Assembly: GCA_950097015.1 (NCBI GenBank)
Contig: CATNEN010000025.1
Span: 9,114,001 to 9,178,000, forward strand
DNA length: 64,000 bases
Direction: 5' to 3'
DNA from: Macrostomum hystrix
Taxonomy: Eukaryota; Animalia; Platyhelminthes
The translations under genes and the position numbers were made by a program. Shown here in pieces: positions 58,241 through 64,000 of the stretch (positions are counted from its first letter, which is position 1; each line of letters opens with the position of its first letter). The notes below the pieces were generated by a model, which saw only the letters and a program-made list of their open reading frames with translations, had not been told where the DNA came from and made no database searches.

Positions 58241-58611
58241 TTTGATTGGTAATCCAGAATGCTAAATTGTGCCGAATCTATTTTATCTATAGTACAGATT
58301 CATTGAGTTCAATTTAGCGAATAGATTAGAATTCCCAGGCATAATATTTATTTAATATGTCTATGGTAGAAATGATGTGAGTCAAATAAGAATGTGATTC
58401 ATGAACGCCAAGTCGTGAGTCTATGGCAAAAGCCGTACGGTTCTAACATTCTCGTTTTGCAGTGTTTTGCTATACATGTGCAATATGTATAGTATAGGAA
58501 TTAAGTATAGTATTGTATCTGTGTTCATGAATAAGCAGGCCTATAGCTATACTTAAATATTTTTTCTGTATAACTTTAACTTATGATCTGAAACCAGAAA
58601 CTTGATTACAC

Positions 58612-58710
58612 AGCCAGACACTTAACTCTGCATCGCACCAGTTCACCCAGCTGTTAAATGGGTACCAGCATTGAGGGTGGGTGTGGAGTCCCCAAGTCCA
58701 TGGACTGGAA
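58612..58710 (+). mobile_element. SINE family B internal fragment
   Basis: agacacttaactctgcatcgcaccagttcacccagctgttaaatgggtaccagca...agtccatggact. Confidence 0.75.
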
Positions 58711-61012
58711 AACTTTTTTACTGGAAAAATTTGCACTTTGCATTCCAATAATGCTTAACTGCTCTTCATCAAACGTGTTTACTTTTTTGAACTCGAGTGA
58801 TAATTATTTCATACCGGCTTAACAGACAAAAATCTAAAAAAACATTCGAATTGATCGCGACTCAGTCAGTGTTTGACGAGTTGTAAAAAAGCGTTCTCGT
58901 TCTGAAATGTTGAAATCGTATTGTGGTGACATAGCATGATTAGTATAACATGGCTGAAATGTATTCGTTCATGTAGGGACTTCACGATGAATAGCGCACA
59001 ATTCTTGTCCGGTTGATACGTTGAGGTTGTCTGGTGCCATTGTAAACAGCTCAGAGCCAGTGAGTCCTGGCCTGGCTGGTATGGGTCTCACCAGAAAACC
59101 TGACATATCAAGGGACGAGGCGGTCACTGGCTTGCAGCTTGAGAATCGGGGCGAATGCTGACATTTTCCACTTTGTTTGAATGTTTATTCTTTAAAGATT
59201 TAACTGGCTATTGAGTTTCAGTTGATCCAGAAACAGAGAGACAGAGAAGAAAGCAGTGAAGGAGAGAGCGCGACTGTCGGCGTGGCTCCAGATAATTTGA
59301 GCATTTTATAGACACTACTCGAGTAGGCAACCCCCACCACCCCACTCCGACACTCGGCACTGGCCTGATGGAGGTGGCCAGTGGATGGAGGGGGTGCATG
59401 CGATGGGGAGCGAGCCAGGACTGGGGCCTGAGCGTGTATAGGGGTGCAGGCCGCGGCTGGGAAGGAGGTTAAGGGGTGCCGGGAGACGGGGAGAGAGAGC
59501 GCGCGCAAGCTGGGAGCAAGCAAATTGAGCTCGCGACTCCAATGGGCGGCAGCAGCCAGCTGTCGGCGCTTATCGGCCCGATGATAAAGCAGCGAGCGGC
59601 AGCGCTGCAATCGAGTCCAAAAAGCCGCTGAAGGAAGAGATGGCCGCTTCTGCTCGGCCTTCCACTTATTTAGTGGCGTCTGGGGCCGCATTGGGCTTGG
59701 CGAGGTTGCAGGGGTGGGCCGAGTTGCGGTCCAGACTCACAGCTCAGACTGGCTGTGCTAGGAAACACACTGGGAGCCTGGAGGAAGAGAAGGCAAGTTG
59801 TGGGATGAGGAAGGATACGAGCAGCTCGATGCTGATGGGTGATGATCCAACTGAGCGATGGAGCGACTGGGAGAGAGGGGGTAGCGCAGTGTGTAGCATA
59901 TTACGAGGTTGCTCCCCACCAGATCCACTTGTTGACTTATGGGAATTGGAATAATTTCTCCCCTTGCAGTTGCCTCCCCCCCACGCGGCCGTTCCGTCTG
60001 GATCCCAAACCGACCGCTGGTCGCCCTCCCTGTCTCTCTCCAGATGGAGAGTTTTGACGGATGCCACGGGATGCGATGGGAGATTTCAGCGCTTCCTGTG
60101 CCTGTTCCTCCGTTTCGGAAGTCCTCGATTGCCGCTGGTTCGACCTCGCGGCTTGGTCGCATTGAAATCGCTTTGAATCGGCCAGCCAGCTTGTGATGGA
60201 CGCACAATATGACCCGGGGACAAACAATTAGCATAATTATTCCAGCAGCGATAAGCGCTGTAGGCCCGGTGTGATTGTAGTATCGGGATCACTGACTCAC
60301 TCAGCTCCCCCTCCCCAATGGGAGCATTCTCCCACTGGCCCTGCTATATATCAGTCAGAGCAAACGGAATTGTAGAGGTTCCATTTGAACCGTCTGCCAC
60401 CATCTCTCTCCATCTCTACCTTCACCGTACTTCTCGTAAACTTGGCATTCTGCCGGTTAGATTGTAACCCTTCTACATTCGATATGCAGAAGCACAGTGT
60501 GCGAGCAAACAGGTTGTCCCGTGCGCTCCCCTTTGTGCGTGTCGGTGTGTGCAGTACACATTTTCAGACAGACCGAACTGATAATTATGTCTTGTGCTCA
60601 TACTTGTGGCTCAGCGACTAATTTTCAGCGAAAGGATGTTTCAGTTCAAGACGGATGAAACTAATTATGGCACTTCGTGAAGCTACTGATTTGAAAACTT
60701 GCATAAATAATAATACTGTCTTACTTCTCAACTTACTACTGATCAACAGGCCCCAAGTAGTATTTAAAGTGTAATCTATCTGATGTTGGTAATTCGAATA
60801 GCTAGTTTTTTGCCGGTCCAGACTCTGGAAGAAAATGCATAAAAATAAGCGACATGTGACAAGCACTCACAGGACTCCCGTCATCCCTCTCCTGTTCTCA
60901 TATTGCGAAGACGAGCGTACCAACGAGCACACGGCTCGAATTACATTTTTACAACTCCTCCCCTCCCCAGCAACAAGCAGAATTGCCTAGCAGGCCTCCA
61001 GAGAGATTGACT

Positions 61013-61262
61013 GCACACACCCATACACACACACACGCACACACCCATACACACACACACGCACACACCCAAACACACACACACGCACACACACATACAC
61101 ACACACCCATACACACACACACGCACACACCCATACACACACACACGCACACACACATACACACACACACGCACACACACATACACACACACACACGCAC
61201 ACACCCATCACACACACACCCATACACACACACACGCACACACCCATACACACACACACACC
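61013..61262. repeat. Compound (CA)n microsatellite
   Basis: Read directly. Confidence 0.95.
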
Positions 61263-62182
61263 AGATCGTCTCTCCAGTTGTGTCTCTCGTGGGACCAAGG
61301 ATCGAAGCATTCTTACGGGAGGCTGCAGTTTTCGTTCTCATTGGCATTCAAGCTACCGAGTAGTCCGCTTGCTACTCACTGGCCGGGCTTATATAGTCTA
61401 TCCGATCTTCTTTCTATCTCTACTCATCCCAGCAGATTTAAGCAGTTTGCCCATGTGTGTGAGGGTGTGTGTGTTTGGGCTGGCAGATAGTGCTGCGGAA
61501 GCGAATTAACTAATTGGGCTTAAAGCTCGTTTCCCCGGACTAAAATTCTGGCATATTATATGCCAGAGAGGGGCAGAAGAAGCCTTGTTTGAGGGGAGGC
61601 AGAGAGACGGAGAGGGGTGGCTTTAGGATAAGAACGACTCGGACGCAGGATGAGATAGGGGACAGGCTGCTCAATGTGTTCTCAGCACCATAGGTGGGGG
61701 TGAAGAGCCGAATGAGCTGAGGGCAGCAATAGTCAATTTCTCGCCCTCTCTCCATTTAGCACCAGCCCATTCGCCTTCTTGCTGCAGTGTTTTCGCATCT
61801 TTGCAGCAGCAGCAGGGCAGCAGCACTAAACGCCAAAGCTGTGGGAAGGAATCCTCGGGGAGAATTTCTGCTTTTCCTCGCTCGTCGCCCCTGGCTTATC
61901 TCCATTCCCCTCCCGCGCTCCCAATTCGAGCAGGTCTTTCATTACATCGGATGCTGGGGACTGATGAGGAATGAGCTGCTGCTGTAGAAATGAGTAAGAA
62001 AATAATTAACGTCTGCTGGGACACTGCTTGCCAGAGGATCTTATGAGAGCACCCGTAAAACTGATGGCGCAGGTGGACTAGTGCTGGAGCAGCAGACAGT
62101 TCTGCATTACCTTAATATTTGGCATATGTCGGAAAAATTATGAGAGTCATCGAAATTCCTCTTCGCTTTCTCGGAATCCACA

Positions 62183-64000
62183 GTATTCTATGGGAACTGT
62201 ACTACTCACTCAAAATGCACCTATTATTCTATGGGAACTGTACTACTCACTCAAAATGAACCACGTATTCTATGGGAACTGTACTACTCACTCAAAATGC
62301 ACCACGTATTCTATGGGAACTGTACTACTCACTCAAAATGCACCAATTATTCTATGGGAACTGTACTACTCACTCAAAATGCACCACGTATTCTATGGGA
62401 ACTGTACTACTCACTCAAAAAGCACCACGTATTCTATGGGAACTGTACTACTCACTCAAAAAGCACCACGTATTCTATGGGAACTGTACTACTCACTCAA
62501 AATGCACCAATTATTCTATGGGAACTGTACTACTCACTCAAAATGCACCACGTATTCTATGGGAACTGTACTACTCACTCAAAATGCACCACGTATTCTA
62601 TGGGAACTGTACTACTCACTCAAAATGCACCAATTATTCTATGGGAACTGTACTACTCACTCAAAATGCACCACAGTATTCTATGGGAACTGTACTACTC
62701 ACTCAAAAAGCACCACGTATTCTATGGGAACTGTACTACTCACTCAAAATGCACCAATTATTCTATGGGAACTGTACTACTCACTCAAAATGCACCACGT
62801 ATTCTATGGGAACTGTACTACTCACTCAAAATGCACCACGTATTCTATGGGAACTGTACTACTCACTCAAAATGCACCACGTATTCTATGGGAACTGTAC
62901 TACTCACTCAAAATGCACCAATTATTCTATGGGAACTGTACTACTCACTCAAAATGCACCACGTATTCTATGGGAACTGTACTACTCACTCAAAATGCAC
63001 CACAGTATTCCATGGGAACTGTACTACTCACTCAAAATGCACCACGTATTCTATGGGAACTGTACTACTCACTCAAAATGCACCAATTATTCTATGGGAA
63101 CTGTACTACTCACTCAAAATGCACCACGTATTCTATGGGAACTGTACTACTCACTCAAAAAGCACCACGTATTCTATGGGAACTGTACTACTCACTCAAA
63201 ATGCACCAATTATTCTATGGGAACTGTACTACTCACTCAAAATGCACCACGTATTCTATGGGAACTGTACTACTCACTTAAAATGCACCAATTATTCTAT
63301 GGGAACTGTACTACTCACTCAAAATGCACCACGTATTCTATGGGAACTGTACTACTCACTCAAAATGCACCACGTATTCTATGGGAACTGTACTACTCAC
63401 TCAAAAAGCACCACGTATTCTATGGGAACTGTACTACTCACTCAAAAAGCACCACGTATTCTATGGGAACTGTACTACTCACTCAAAAAGCACCACGTAT
63501 TCTATGGGAACTGTACTACTCACTCAAAATGCACCTATTATTCTATGGGAACTGTACTACTCACTCAAAATGCACCACAGTATTCTATGGGAACTGTACT
63601 ACTCACTCAAAATGCACCACGTATTCTATGGGAACTGTACTACTCACTCAAAATGCACCACGTATTCTATGGGAACTGTACTACTCACTCAAAAAGCACC
63701 ACGTATTCTATGGGAACTGTACTACTCACTCAAAAAGCACCACGTATTCTATGGGAACTGTACTACTCACTCAAAATGCACCACAGTATTCTATGGGAAC
63801 TGTACTACTCACTCAAAATGCACCAATTATTCTATGGGAACTGTACTACTCACTCAAAATGCACCACGTATTCTATGGGAACTGTACTACTCACTCAAAA
63901 TGCACCACGTATTCCATGGGAACTGTACTACTCACTCAAAAAAGCACCACGTATTCTATGGGAACTGTACTACTCACTCAAAATGCACCAATTATTCTAT
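62183..64000. repeat. 41-bp satellite tattctatgggaactgtactactcactcaaaatgcaccacg, running off the window end
   Basis: At least 44 units. Confidence 0.97.

Noticed and set aside
10536-64000. Long ORFs running through tandem arrays (10536-12605, 15572-16558, 18616-20371, 23501-25707, 36316-37537, 37876-38760, 62190-63281 and others) as genes
   Set aside because: They are stop-free by virtue of a repeated unit, are often open in several frames, end at array indels, and mostly lie within introns of well-supported CAPS/MLH1 models.
6556-64000. Tandem arrays as CRISPR arrays
   Set aside because: Units are head-to-tail with no unique spacers, there are no cas genes, and the context is eukaryotic.

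Overview
This is metazoan (invertebrate) genomic DNA with GC-rich exons and AT-rich, repeat-filled introns. A free-living flatworm such as Macrostomum is a guess only. I reconstructed three genes by hand, all on the minus strand. (1) MLH1 at 42731-50641 has 10 exons and about 754 aa; exons 6-7 and the end of exon 5 are tentative. (2) CAPS/CADPS (unc-31) at 9581-40594 has 15 exons and about 1365 aa, with one GC-AG intron. (3) An unidentified gene has a ~2.9-kb exon (about 2520-5454) encoding ~66 copies of a 10-aa Q/E/H/Y/P repeat. Most long ORFs in the supplied track are artefacts of stop-free tandem repeats. More than 30 tandem arrays are present: 12 of 14 CAPS introns and 6 of 9 MLH1 introns carry an array, nearly all with a different unit. 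Mobile elements include two tRNA-derived SINE families (one CORE-like) and a 281-bp MITE with 14-bp TIRs and an 8-bp TSD inside a satellite. The most unusual signal is CAPS intron 13: about 69 tandem AG|GT splice-junction units bracketed by a strong acceptor and a perfect donor, resembling a stack of recursive splice sites. There is no CRISPR array or prokaryotic system here.
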